A stretch of DNA of 64,000 bases, from positions 1 through 64,000 of the forward strand of contig CAUYUJ010000295.1 in the NCBI GenBank assembly GCA_963575745.1. Direction: 5' to 3'. Shown here one piece after another: positions 35,690-48,405 of the stretch. Source of the stretch: Prorocentrum cordatum (taxonomy: Eukaryota). Positions within the stretch are counted from its first letter, which is position 1; every line of letters starts with the position of its first letter. The notes beneath the pieces are model-generated. The model ran no database searches and was not told where the DNA came from. It saw nothing but the letters and a program-made list of their open reading frames with translations. Both the position numbers and the translations under genes were made by a program.

Positions 35690-38600
35690 GCATGCTGATG
35701 TCATGTATTGTAGTGTTGGCTCTCCGTGCCGGTGCTCCGATGAATCCCTCCTCGATCTGCAGCCATGATGTGGTGTCGGCGGCTGTCGTCATGCATATGA
35801 TGTCGCTCGGGTCATGAGAATGTCGGAGGCTCTGCGGGGTTACCGGGTGTCGGTCAGGGAGCTGGGTTCGAAGGTAGTTCGTTTGGTCGTTATCCCAACG
35901 CTTGGCTTGTCGGCCTTGCCCTCTCTTTCCGTTTTGACGGTGGTTATGCGTCGGGTGCCAATGGGCGACAGATATTGCCCATCTGTGAGTCGGGTGGTTG
36001 GTCACAGTGCTTGCGAAACGCCATGTCAGACGTCGCTGCGTAGCAATCTAGACCTCGACGCTGCGATGCTGCATGAAATGTGTCGCGCGGTGAGTTGCTC
36101 GATGCACAAAAGTCATCCCTTGGCTCGAAGTCGTTGATGTTGTCGGCGATGCGTTCTTCAAGGTGCGCGTCCTCGCGGGCGCGGTCGACGCCGGCAGCAA
36201 ATGGATTGCTGTCTACATCGTCTGTGGAAGATGTAGCGTCGAACCCGGGCGTTGGATGCAGTGCACAAGCTGTCGCGGTGCATGGGGCGATGAGTTGGGA
36301 TGGTGGTCGTGGCTGTCGGCGTCTGGGCTTGCTGATGGTCGCGCGGAGCATGCGCATTTGGGTGGCGCGCAGCTGCCGTCGCTGAGGTTCTGTGAGCGCC
36401 CGCGCTGCTGCAGCGTGGAATGCGGTGGGCGAAACCGTCGAATCGAAAGGCCGGGGTCGGCGGGGTGGCCTTCGGGGCTTGGCCTTTGGGCCGTCGGGGC
36501 TGGAATCGAAGAGCAATCGGGGTTTGGCCTCCGGGCGATCATACATGGCCGCCTTGAGGCTTCCACCCGCTGACCACGCCGTTCGACGCTACTCGATTTG
36601 AAAAAAACTACCGGAGAAGCTTCTCTACATCTGGCGCATGGACCTGGGCAGACTTGGTAACCCCGTTGCTTTCCCGCTCGGCCCGATGCTCTCTTGGATT
36701 GGGCGGGATGCTTCAAGCGTGCCGGGCTGCCTCTCTGCGCGAGCAGCGACGAATGCGCTTGACCTGAGAAGATGGGATCGAGCCGAAGAGACCCTGACTG
36801 CTGCCGAGGCTCTCTACGGCTGTCTATGCGGGCTGAAGCCGTTGCCAGAGCTCAAGCCGGAGGCCTGCTTTGCAGACCTGCGCGCCGCCACGCTGCTTCC
36901 GGGCAGGCTGTGCTGTCCGGCGAGGGGGAGGCGGGGGAGGAGGAGGAGGAGGAAAAACGCGGCGAGCAGACATACCCATGCAGGAGGAGAGGGGGGAAGG
37001 GAGGCGGCAAAGGAGCAGCAGGCAAGCAAGCACGGACGACGGGGGCGGGCGGGGGGCGGGGGGGGCGAGGGTCGTCGGTTGCGTACGGGTGGTCGTCGTG
37101 GGTCGCCGTGCCACTGGGGGTCGTCGCGAGTCGTCGGGGGAGGGGCGGAGGGTCGTCGTGGGGCTGGGGCGGAGGGTCGTCAGGGGAAGGGAGGGTCGTC
37201 GCGGGGCAGGGGCGGGGGGCCGCGGGGCCGGGGCGGAGGGCCGTCGGGGGCCGGGGCGGAGGGTCGTCGTGGGGCTGGGGCGGAGGGTCGTCGGGGGGAG
37301 GGGCGGAGGGTCGTCAGGGGAAGGGAGGGGCGGAGGGCCAGCCGGAGCCGACGGCGACTCACACGGCGTCGGCTGCGGCCGCCGCCGTGGCCGCTGCTAG
37401 GCGCGCCGCCGCCGCGCCCGTCGACGGCTGCAGCCGCCGCAGCACCGCCCGCGCGTTCTCCCGATGAAGGGAGATTGAGAGTCGCTGGGCGTGCCGGTCC
37501 GCCACTACGGCGTTTACGTTGTGGTACGCGCTCCAGTCTTCGCTGCAATCCTCCTGGCTGGTGGCGTCCTCGCAGTGTTCGTAGAAAGTCGCCAGATCGG
37601 CGCCGCTCAAGTCTGCGGGCGACGCGAGAGGCTCATCGGATTATCTAACAATGATGCCTGAGAGAGAAGCGACTGAATTGACGGCTGCTCTACAAACGTC
37701 GCTGGAGATGGCTCCGGAGCGTTCGCCATCTCGGGGCCTTCGGGGGTGGGTCTGTTTGGGGGCTTGGAGCGATGCCCGCCATTCTTGTCCTGGCTATCTA
37801 GCACCTGGGCTCGACCCCCTTCCAGCCTGGATCGTTTGGAAGTTCTCTCCGAGATGGGGAATTCTAAGCGGACTAGCTCTCCTGGCCCGGACGCCCACTA
37901 CTTCGCCACGCAAGCGGCCGGTTTGAAACGTCTCTCGGCCACGGGCGCTGGGCACGGCGTTGCTCGGCACTTTGAGCTCTCCCGCTGGCGTCCACTCGAC
38001 CTTCCTTCAGCTGGCCCGGCGCGCATGCCGTGCTGATTGCAGCCTGCGAGGGAATGGAAGGGAAAGCAGCAGGTGAGTCAGTTGATTTTCTTTTGAGTCG
38101 CCTTCGGTGCCTGATAGACCTGGCCCACTCCTGAACATCTCCGAGATCAGCAGCCTGCCTGGGTCTGGGATGTCCATTGGAATCCGGAAGGGCCGCATTT
38201 CCGGCCTCGGCCGCGTTGGCCCAGAATTCGATCGTGGTCGATGCGCGGCGAGCGAGCCGAGGGAGGTGGCCCAGGCGCGTTGCGAGGCGGAGCTGAGGAG
38301 GAAGCAGAATGAACGGCTGAATGGAGAATGGGAAACGGGTCGATTTTCCACCGCGCGACCTGCCCCCCAGGCTTCTCGATGGGGCGGCCCCTCCGAAGCC
38401 GCGTTCGCCCCGGCCCTCGCCTGGCCTGCGTGGGCCTGGCGAAGATGTGCCGGGCCGCTGGGTCCGACGTGACTTCGGCCATTCTCGCCCCTGGAGATGT
38501 GGCGGGGCGAACCTGCTCGGGGAATCACGTCTCCCATGGCCACCCAGACGGTGTTCCTGGCCTGGAAGATGCCCAGACTGGGCCCGACCCATCGATCGCG

Positions 38601-39900
38601 CTGCAGGGCGAACGTCGTCCGACTCTGGGATGGCGGGGCCCCGCGCCAAACAGAAGCCGCCGTCGCGGGTGGGCCCCGGAGTTTTCGCGGACCCGAGCTT
38701 TGGAAGCCTTGGCCAGTCGCCGACCTGCTGGATGATTTGAAAATCTCAAGTGCCAAGTCGCGGTTGGCGCGCTGGCGAGCATAGTCCGCTGCCGCCGCGT
38801 CCTGGCCCCAAGCTGACTGCTCGAGGTCCACATCCCCGACCAGCGGGGCCCCATCGTCGGAGAGAGTGCCATTATGAATACGGGCGTTAAGTCGAAGGCG
38901 AGTCGAAACAAGGCGAAACGCCCATCGGCGCAGGCACCTGCCCTAGGCCGACAACATCTCGCGCAACAGTGACTCGAGCTCCGCCCGGCTGGCGACGGCG
39001 GAAATCTATTGCACGCGGACGAACGCGTCCATCTGCCGCGCGGCACAAAGCGCCCGTTCCCCCGCAGGACTCAAGGGTCGATCGCGTGACGAAACGCCCC
39101 CACATGCTCGATGCCCCTTCCGGAATGCCCCTCGGATTCGGCGCCCCCTTCTAATGGGGGCATTTCGGATCGTCCGAAAGGGCGGCCCAGGCCCTGCGAA
39201 AAGGCCCTCCAGGCCCCTTCCGCAGTGCAATCAAACACTGCCACCACCTAACGGCTGAGACTGCGGCGAAAACAGCCGAGCACCAGGATGCTCTCAGCCT
39301 CGAAGCTTAATTTAAGGCATCCATGGCAATGACCTCATCAAGTTGGAAGGCGTGAAACATGGCCATCGCGCGGACATGGGCTGGGCGAGCCGGAGAATCG
39401 CAATCGGTGCGCGAGTTGAAGTCTCTGATCTATTTGACTATTTCTGGGCGGGCTTGAGCGGCACGCACGACCTTCAGAAATGCGTCTTTGTGAACCAGAC
39501 ACAAATTTCAACGTGCCTTGTGGATGAGCTGCTTGATCGGGGCCGAGCCCTCGATGTCTGATTCTTGGAGGGGGGCCTCTTGCCCCCGGCCCTCTCCCCC
39601 TTCGGGCCCTTCCGCACCGGGCCCTGGAGACGGCTTGGGGCGCTCAGCTCGTCGGGCCCTGCGTTCCGACCCGGCGGCGAGGGCTGCGCCGACGTGCCAG
39701 CTTCTGCAAATCCCCAGATGGTCCTGGCCCATAGTGGCCTGCGCTGGTTGGGACTCCCACTGCCGACGGTGTTTTAGGGGGTGCGCCTGGGATCTTCGGG
39801 TATTGGGCCCAGTCCACCTTGCGTCGACGCGCTGTCAGACGTCTCAACAGAAGGACGTCGTCGGTCATGGTCCCAATTGACTTTCTGGCAAAGACTCTCA
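35690..39900 (-). mobile_element. Decayed non-LTR retrotransposon (APE-RT, RTE-like) ORF2
   Basis: Motifs in correct order: RDFNSR (~39420), RAIDF (~39005), DLTPVF (~38885), GKQRGY (~36665), then the RTE-type tail QLRATQMRMLR...HRW...W.P...GRQAKRWDN...AADTTSWLQIEEGFI. Many frameshifts; GC-rich satellite insert at 37070-37335. Confidence 0.75.
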
Positions 39901-40049
39901 TTCATTCGCTTTCCGCGCCGGCGCACATCAAAGACGACCTCCTCGGCCCCCGGGAGCCTGCGAACCATCTCCGCCCCCTCCGCGCGCCGCGAGTCCGCTC
40001 CGTCCAGATGCGCCCGCGCGGGCGCGAGCTCGAGATGAAAAGGCGACAT

Positions 40050-41550
40050 GGCTCAGGGTCTCCTGTCGGACGCGCTCGCCTCCTCGGGACGTGGATGGAG
40101 AAGCTTCTCGCGCTGAACTCGGCGCGTGGAGGCTCCAGAAAATCGCCCGGGGCCGTCTCTATGGACTCGGGCTTTTGCCCTCCCTGCGCCCCCCGTACTT
40201 CGCATGCTATATCCGGCGATAAGGCCCCGCCAGTCTACCGATTGTCGCCCCAAGCACTCGCGGCATGGAGCTGCGCGAAGCGGAGAAAACATTCCGAGTG
40301 GCGACCTGGGCCTCGGCCCTCCTGCAGTGCGGCGGGCGCAGGAGGGGGCTGGAAGCTGGTTCTTCTTCCCTTTGGTAAGGTGGACCTCTGCGTCGGCCTC
40401 GCTGCTATCTTCCAAAGCACCCCCCCCCCCCCCCGCCCCCTGCAAGTGGGCGCAATCTCGGGGCCCTCGGACCCGACGCAGGCCCCGAGCGCCAAACTGG
40501 AATCCAGCGTTTGGCGATGAGTGTCTGGGTTGACTTTCAACCGCTGAGAACTTGCGAGCCCAGCCCTGAACTGATGACTTGAGAACGAGGCGGACGCGGG
40601 CCCGCTTGCCGCAGCCGCGCGCGGCCCGCCGGGGGGTCGCGCGCCAATGCTGCCACTTCTGATCTGCCGCCTCCTTGGCCGCGGCCAGCTCCTCCCGGAT
40701 CTCCTGGACCTCTCCTTCCGCGGGGTCGACGGAGACGCCGTCGCCGCCGGGGCGGTCGCTGGAGCTCCTATCCTGGTCGTCTTGTCCCTCAGGGGCCCCG
40801 AAGGATGCTGGAGGGCCCCTCCGCCGCCGCCGCCGCCGTCTGCCGCGGCGGGGGCCCGCCTCGGCGGCGGCCCGCGCGCGGAGCGTCGCCTGAGGCTGTG
40901 CGGCAAGCGGCGCCATGGTGGGGCCCAGAGGCGACGCGGCGACTCGCGGCCTCGCGAGCAGCGGGGTCGCCGATGAGAACGCCGCCCCCGCCGACGGCGG
41001 GCCCCTTCCCCCACGAGAATTGCTGGCGGGGCCCCCGCCGCCGGGGCCGCAACCTGGGCCGCGGTCGCCGCGGGCTCGAGCACGATGGCCCCTGCGCGTG
41101 CTAAGACGCCGCCAATGCCAACGCGCCCACCTGCTGGGCCAGCCGTTTCGCCTCCTGAGCCTGGCCTTGAACCATCGCGATCGCCTCCGCGTGCTTCGAG
41201 ACGGCGCTCTTCGTCTCGCCGACCTGCTTCTGCTAGGCTTCTGGCGTGGCCGCGATGATGTTCGCCATCTCATCGAACCTGCTTTGGGGGCCCTCTGGGC
41301 CCTGCCCCATCTTGGCGCGGAGGCCCATCATCTCGCCGTCGAAGGATGACCGCATCACGTCCATGGGCTCTTTGTCCGCCTCCGAGCTCCTCTTGGGAAA
41401 TGCCGCGCGACGAGAACTGGCGGCCCTGGACAGCTCCATCTGGGCGTTGACAAGGTCGTCCACCATTTCGTCTGCCGGTTTGACGACATGCACGCGTTTC
41501 GTCGGGCTGGCTCTGCGCGGGCACCGCCGGATGGAATGGCATGGCGCGCT
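40050..41550 (-). pseudogene. Possible decayed LINE ORF1 (coiled-coil)
   Basis: Helical fragments EMVDDLVNAQMELSR and EVQEIREELAAAKEAADQKW directly upstream of the APE relic. Confidence 0.35.
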
Positions 41551-41599
41551 TCGCTCTTGGGGGCGACTTTGGAACCTGCGCCACCGCAGAACAAGTCGG

Positions 41600-44500
41600 G
41601 TCAGGGGCGTTCTGAGACAACCCCGGACCGCGCGGCAAGCGCACCCCCTGGTTCTCCTTGCACGGGCCCACTTCTCCCCCCTCGCTACGCCCCTCGACGG
41701 GCGCAGATCCTGCCGCGCCATCCTCGCGTCGCAGCCGTTGCGCGAGAACCGCGGTGACCATGGCCGGCGGGCGCTAACAGTTGCGGCGCGCGTTCGCAAC
41801 GATCCTGGGCGACTTGGGCAGGTTGGTGGGCCATGCCCTTGTAATCTTCATCAGGTTGCCGAGGTCCGAGGTCGCCCCATCCGCCCTCCAGAATGCAACC
41901 GCTCGTTGGGTCGTCTCGAACATGGCCGGTCGTCGTGCGAGGGCGATCCGGGCCGCGACGAGGCTCGGGGGCCCCCGCCGCCCCCTGCGCCACGGCGGCG
42001 TGCTTCGCCTTGCTGCTGCGCGCCCGACGCGAGGACATGCCCATCGCGAGTGGCGATCTGATCGGGGGCGGCCGCGCTGCCGCCTGCAGGCAGCGTGGGC
42101 CTCGGGCGAGGCAAAGGCCCAAGTGTCACTGGTAAGGAAGTAAAGCGCGAGGTTGGCGAGGAGGGGCGCGCCGCCGCTGTGCTGGCGCCGACCCCGGCAT
42201 ATCCACATGAAGAGGTTCTCCGCGGCAATGTTTCGGGCGCTGAACGGATGGGCGGCCGGGGGCCCGACCTGTCGTCGCCCATTCTCTCGGGGTCACCTGA
42301 AGCCCTGAATGCACGTGAGACCGAGACTCATTATCCATGTGTCTTTCCACTTCGGGACCTCTCGAACCTCGACGGGGACCTCCTGGGCCTGCTCCGCAGG
42401 CGTGTCAAAGCGGCCCCAATGAACCCCGGAGTCTCCATCGGGGTCCGCCGCGGGCCCGCTGATCCGCTGGGCGACGATCGACGATGGCGCGCAGATGTTG
42501 GCTGAAAGGCGCCCGATTTGGATCGACCCGTGGCCTGCGGTGGGAGGCGATTCATCGGAATCGTAAGTGCGAGCTTCTTGACAGACGTAGCATAGCAGGG
42601 GGGTTGACGACGCCCCCCAGCGCGCCCCAAAATCCCACTGGCAAGAGGGGGGGCGCCCGACTCTAAAACGTTTCGCTCCACCGCTCCGCGCTTGCCCTAG
42701 ATCCTAAGAAGAATCAGAGCGGCGCTCAGAGATCGGGCCCCCTCCCGCCCCGCGCCCTCGGCGTCGTGGCTTCTGGGCGGAACTACTGGCGCAGCGCGCC
42801 CTTTCCCCCTCGCATGTCCTACAAACCGCTAGTGGGCTGGCTCTCCCGCTAGAACTTGCCTGGCGGCCGCGCCCATCGCCGCGGCCCCTGGATCGACGGC
42901 GAGGGCGAGGGCTGCCTCCCGACAGGAACCCGTGGACATGGCAGCGGACGAATCCGCTGCGCTGTTGTGCGCGCGCCCCGCGAAGGCAGTGACGGCGTCT
43001 TTCTTCTGCCAACCGCCCCGTCCATTATAGTGGCACCCTCGCTCCCGTTGCCAATTTTGATAGCGCAGCCGGCAACGGGCGCGCCTCGTGGGCTCCTCCA
43101 ACGGAAGGCGCTGCTTCCTGGAGCGAAATGGACCAATGGCCGCCCTGTGAGTTGGCTTTCGCTGTCGACCTCGCGCGTCACTGCCGCGGGCCCTGGACTG
43201 GCTGCGCAACTGTCGGCCCGCTTGGAGCGGCTTCTTCAAGCTGCGATTATGCTTCTAAGTCGTCCGACGGCCCGACTGGTTGCTGCCATCGCCGCCGGAA
43301 AATCATCAACGTTGGGGCTGGCGGCTGCGCTGGTGGCAGACACCTCGGCCTCGCTTTCAGTCGAGAGAACGACGCGTCCGAATACTCGAGGGTCGGAACA
43401 GTTTCCTCGTCGCACTGCAGATCTGAATTGGAAGAGCTGAGACATGCCAAAGCGCTCGAGCTGGAACGACGACTGTCAAGTAGTTGCAACCCTTCCCCAT
43501 CGTTGTGAAAGATGCCAATCTCCCTTGTTGCCTTCAGGGCCCCCCGTGGTGTTGGAGCCGATCATGAAAATGCTGCTGAGCTGGAACTTTTTCTCGACGA
43601 GGGACACCCCACTTTCCAGGAACATCAGTTTCGAGGCGCCTGGGGGCGTCAGCCCCTGAACAGCGACCTGGCCGAAAGCCGAAGTGTATGCGGGCTGCGT
43701 ATTCCATGAGGTTCCCGCATTTCTTCTTTGGGGTTGAATCAAGCAAATGTTCTCGAGCGGCCTTTCGGCGATAATTTCCTTGGCGTTCCCCAAATCAGAG
43801 GTCGAGGCGGGCGATAATGGCGTCCGTCCTTCTTCGCTGGTCAAGACCGCGCCGCCTACGTCCTCGAACTTCCGCTGTAGGTCGGCATTCAGAGAACGAA
43901 AGATGCTGTCCGCGAGCTTGTAAAGCTTGACGCCCGTCGAAGTCCGCCGTCGTTGGATCTTACAACGCCGTATTTTGTAGTCAAGCAGTCCGGCCAATTT
44001 GTCTGGATCTGAATGGTCACGGCCTTTTTCATCCATCAAGTCTGGCTCTATTTTGGTATCCGTCCAGGGCCTGGCGTCGTCATGGCGAGGGTGCGCAAAA
44101 TGATATTGGGCTCCCCATTGCGAAGCGACGAAAAGGTCGCACCACGACGACCAGTCCCAAAAGAGTGACTTTGGGCCAGCCGCACATCCACGAAGGGCCC
44201 TTCTGTGGCGTCGTCCATTCCGAGCTTTCCCATGGCTGCTAGGTAGCAGGATGTCGACGTGGAGTTTGACCAGGTCAGGCACTGGAACGTCGGTGCTGCA
44301 GATACTCCGCTCGACGCTGTCCCCACCAACTGTCCCCGTCAACACCCACTGCTTCCACGTATTTGCCCTTATCGTGCGCCAGGAATCTTGTGACTCGCTG
44401 GTCTTGACCTCCTGGGGTTTGGTCTTAATGACCGTCTCGTCCTCTGACAGCCGCCCGAAACCGCTGGAACTCTCCTGGGACCTCGTCATATCGCGGCCTC

Positions 44501-44969
44501 CGGAGTCCTGTGGTGATGAGCAATCAGCCTGTCTGAACTGTGCAGACCCGTTTGTTTCAATGTGTGCATGATTTCATGCTCGGGCGTTCGTCCCTTTCCA
44601 GTTTCGGACTCCTCCGGATTATCTGCAGCCGCGGTCATGGTCCGTCAGTTCAGACCTGCTCACAACTCCGTGACCACGGCCGCCCCACGGACGACAGCAG
44701 TGAAAATCAACAATGTCTCGACGATCTGATTCTCATGACAAGACTGTGCTGACGAGCGCTCCAGTACACAGCGCGCACACGCTGGCAACAAATGTGAGCC
44801 ATGGGGAAGTGGCAATGGCTGCGATGAGTGCTCGTTCAGCAAGGAACGGGCATTGTGGGTCTTGAACCAGCATAGCGGCGACCCTCCATCTCAAACTCAA
44901 GGGGGGGCTGGTAAAAAAAAATCAGACTGTGAAGCAAGGGTCGAGGGACTCATCCCGTCAGTCCCCTCA
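41600..44969 (-). mobile_element. Decayed Copia-like LTR retrotransposon, 5' half: LTR 44701-44969 (TG...CA), PBS 44683-44699, gag, Zn knuckle, protease and pre-integrase relics
   Basis: Gag-like ...LDYKIRRCKIQRRRT...SIFRSLNADLQRKFEDVG...LTSEEG...LMEYAAR; knuckle relic LEEPTRRARCRL (~43080); LMKITRAW (~41845). Confidence 0.7.
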
Positions 44970-47900
44970 CGTCAGTCCTCACTCATTCAGTAGGCTGGGG
45001 GTGATTTGAGTTGTGCGACACACAGAATGAGCACTTGCACGGCAAGATGTCGCGGCCTTACGCAGCCGCTTATGCGGACCGCCAACGTGGCACACCGCGT
45101 GAAGAAGCGGTCGAGTACGCGCGATCTTACACCCGCCTGCGGGAGCGAGTGTGCGCGCAGTCGACATCGTTTTTCTTTCACTGCTCATTTGGATTCGGGT
45201 AAGGTGGGCGCCCTTACTCCCATACGAGGATCGACCCGGAGCCAGCTGGACGGAACGCAGAGGTCACTGCACGTGCAGCGGGTCCACGCTACTAGCACGG
45301 ATTGGCCAGCATGCTCTTCTAATACATGACTCAACCATCATGCATCTCACCTGGCCCATAATTTCGAGAACCCAGACTCCCGACGTCATGATCTTGTCAT
45401 GACGCGACCCCAGGCCCTAACCCATTCCCTGGGACAGGTTTTTCATCCCGAGCCGTTTTTTGACGGCCCCGAGGCCCGGTAAGAGCCCCTGGAGGCCGAA
45501 AATTGCGAAAAACCTCCCGTCGTGATTTTTTCATGACTCGAGGGGGTCTGGGAATGGGGGGATGGCGAGTAGGATCGAGGAAGGTCGAGGGGGGAGGGAC
45601 CCTGACCTCAGCAGGCGGGCTGGCAGCACGAACGCCAGGACAGTGGAACTTTGGATTCCAGCCGTGGCCCCACGCGGTGCCGATGAGTCTCTGGGTCTGC
45701 AAGGAGCTATGCCTGCTACCCCCCTTCGGGGGGGGGGGAGGGGGGGGAGAGGCCTGGATGGGGGCGTTCCCCTCTACACAGGCGGATTTTGGGCGAAAGG
45801 ATTTTCAAAATGCAGCAGCAAATATTCAAACATCTCCAGACATGATACGAAATCATCCCCAGGCTATGCTTGGACTGTTTTTGAGTTTGCCTCCTGTAGA
45901 GGGACGGGCCCGACTGAAGGCGAGGCGGGTCGAGGAAGATCGCGGGGGGGATGAGGGGGAGCAGGCGCGCTCGCACAGGCAAGAGAGGGTGGGGCGACGG
46001 GGGGAGGGTCGGGAGAGTCCGATGGGGGGGGGCGAGAAACATTTTGTCTCGTCGGCGGCGAGGCAGAGGCAGTCCACACCAGCGTGGGGCGAATCGGGGC
46101 AGCCGATGGGCAAAGCGTCTGGCGTGCAAGAGAAAGAGAGAGAGAGAGAGAAAGAAAGAAAGGCGAAGACGAGGACGGCCGCGCGAGGGAAGGAGGGGCA
46201 GGGCGCCCAGACGCGGAAGAGTTCCGCGGTGAGCAGGGGCCGAGGAACAGGGAGGCCTCCAAAGGAATGGCCGGGGAAGGTCGAAGAGAGGGGCGAGAAG
46301 GGAGCGGGCGGACGGTCGAGGCAGATCAGGGCAGATCGAGAGGGAGGGGGGCGAGGACGAGCGCGGAAGATCCAGGAGCGGCGGGGGTGGTCGTGGAAGA
46401 TCTGCGGGGGGGACTCGGGAGTCCGAGCCCTTGATTGTTCCAGTGCGGGGCCCCTGCTGATCCAGACCTTTTACCTCCGCCCGAAGCTGGTGTTTCCTCC
46501 GGACGGTCTTCCTTGACGGCGCCCAAAGCCCCAAAACGGCCCTCCGACACGACGCACGGCAAACACATCTGCCCCCGGTCTTCGCAAGACGTTGGCCATC
46601 CGGGCGGGAGGGGGGACCCGGAACAAAAAAAAACAACTCTACGAACACAATCTTTCGGAGTGCCGGGCAAATTGTCCTTGCCCGGCGCACCCCCGACAGT
46701 TTAACCCGCGTGTGCAATCAAAACGCATAATGAGGATGCTCGGGCCTTGGAAGGCCATGACGACGTTCTTCGATCGGGGCGCGGCCCAGTACCGAAGGAT
46801 GCAAGGGTACCTGGGTACCATGGCACACCCCCATCCTGGCCGAATTGGCGCCTGGGCCGGATGGGCCGAAGGGGCAAGGATTAGGTCGGGGATGTCCTCC
46901 TACAGGCGGATGATGGAGGAACAATGCAACATACTCAACAAAGATTTTCACAAGAGATACCCCAAGATGATCAAACACTGTCGCAAAACTATGTTTGACT
47001 ATTTTGAATAATCCCCCTGTAGAGGGACAGGCCCGACTTAAGGCAAGGTTGCAAAGGCAACCTTGGATAATGTATCTCATATTTACTATGCGCTTCGACT
47101 GTAGTCTTCTCCTCTTGCAGAGATCACCTCCACCAGTCAGTGGGCGTGTATGAAAATAGGCCAGTCAGCGGAACAACCTTCGGACACTGCAACGTCAGAG
47201 CAGGACGCACATTTCAACACGACTGTCCCGCGAGGGGGATGAAGCCGAAATGTGACGCAAGCATGCAGCAGCACACGACGACGAAGACGACCACCACAAC
47301 GACGACAACGACGACGACACGACGACGACGACGACGACGACGAGGGACCCTGAGATCCGACGGACCGAACAAATTGCAACATTGCCTAGCATCAAGACCA
47401 GAGCCTGGACGCCAACCTTCTGCGGGATCTCTCTCGGGGCCGAACGACCTGCGAGGGCCCTCGTGCCCCGATCCAGGCGAAGATGCCCTGTGTGAACAGC
47501 AACCTGCGACGCCATGATCTCGGGGAGTCGAGGCTGCTCGGCGGAGTGCGCGTAACGGCGTGGTGCCAGGGCGGTGACCATGCAAGAAGGCGGGGGCCTC
47601 TCACAGAAAGCGGGGGCCTCCCTAGAAGTCGCCCCAAGAGCTCTTCGAGGAGGTGCCCTGCAAGATGGAGGGCCTTCTGGGAAGCTGGGGCTCCAAGGCA
47701 ACCGCACCCAGCACCTCTGGGAAATACATCGAGCTGCTTCCAGCAACGCAGACATGGGGAAACCAGAAGGTGCCGATACCGCTACTCCCCAGACCTCTCC
47801 GGGGGGTTGCGGTCAGACCAGGATTCCGAGGTGAATCCAGCGGAGGCGGCGAGGGCCTACCGGGAGGCCCCAAAAAGGCGGAACGAGGGAGGGGTAGCGG

Positions 47901-47979
47901 TATCAGTGCATCTTCCTCCTCTGAGAAGCTCAGTGCTTTTTCAGAATCCCCCCCGCCTTCTTCAAGGCCGCCCCCTTGC

Positions 47980-48405
47980 CCCAACAACCCTTGTGCGCGC
48001 ACCCACGCTGACTCGGCGCGCCCAAAATGGGTACGGAACATGGGCACGATACCCAACAGCAGAATGTGGTCCAACTCTGACAGCGGAAACTGTCGGGCAG
48101 GTGGGCGACGAAATGAGCAGGGCCTTACGCGAGATGACATAGCCGCGGCTTGCGCGGGCCGCCGGCGCGGTACGCCGCACTGGAGACGAGGGCAATTACG
48201 CGAGACTTTATTACGCGGCAAGCTAAGGCGCCAATGTCGCGGCATACGACCCAATCTTCCTGCGTCGATCCTATGTTGTCCAGATCCGACAGCGGAAGCT
48301 GCTGGACTGGCGACTTTTGTGTCTCAAACGTACAGCGCCCGCGACGACGCCGACAATGGTTCTTGTTCAAAAACGGACAGGAGCTGCTGTCGGTTGAGGA
48401 CAGCA
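47980..48405 (+). pseudogene. Possible Copia RT relic
   Basis: YAALET...TQSSCVDPML resembles YGL.D...QS..DPCL. Confidence 0.3.

Noticed and set aside
44683..44700. tRNA gene
   Set aside because: Only an ~17-nt complement to a tRNA 3' end (PBS); no cloverleaf.
32473..44969. One simple intact 12.5-kb LTR element
   Set aside because: Both LTRs are followed by a PBS, they are quite diverged, and the interior is mostly LINE and other DNA.
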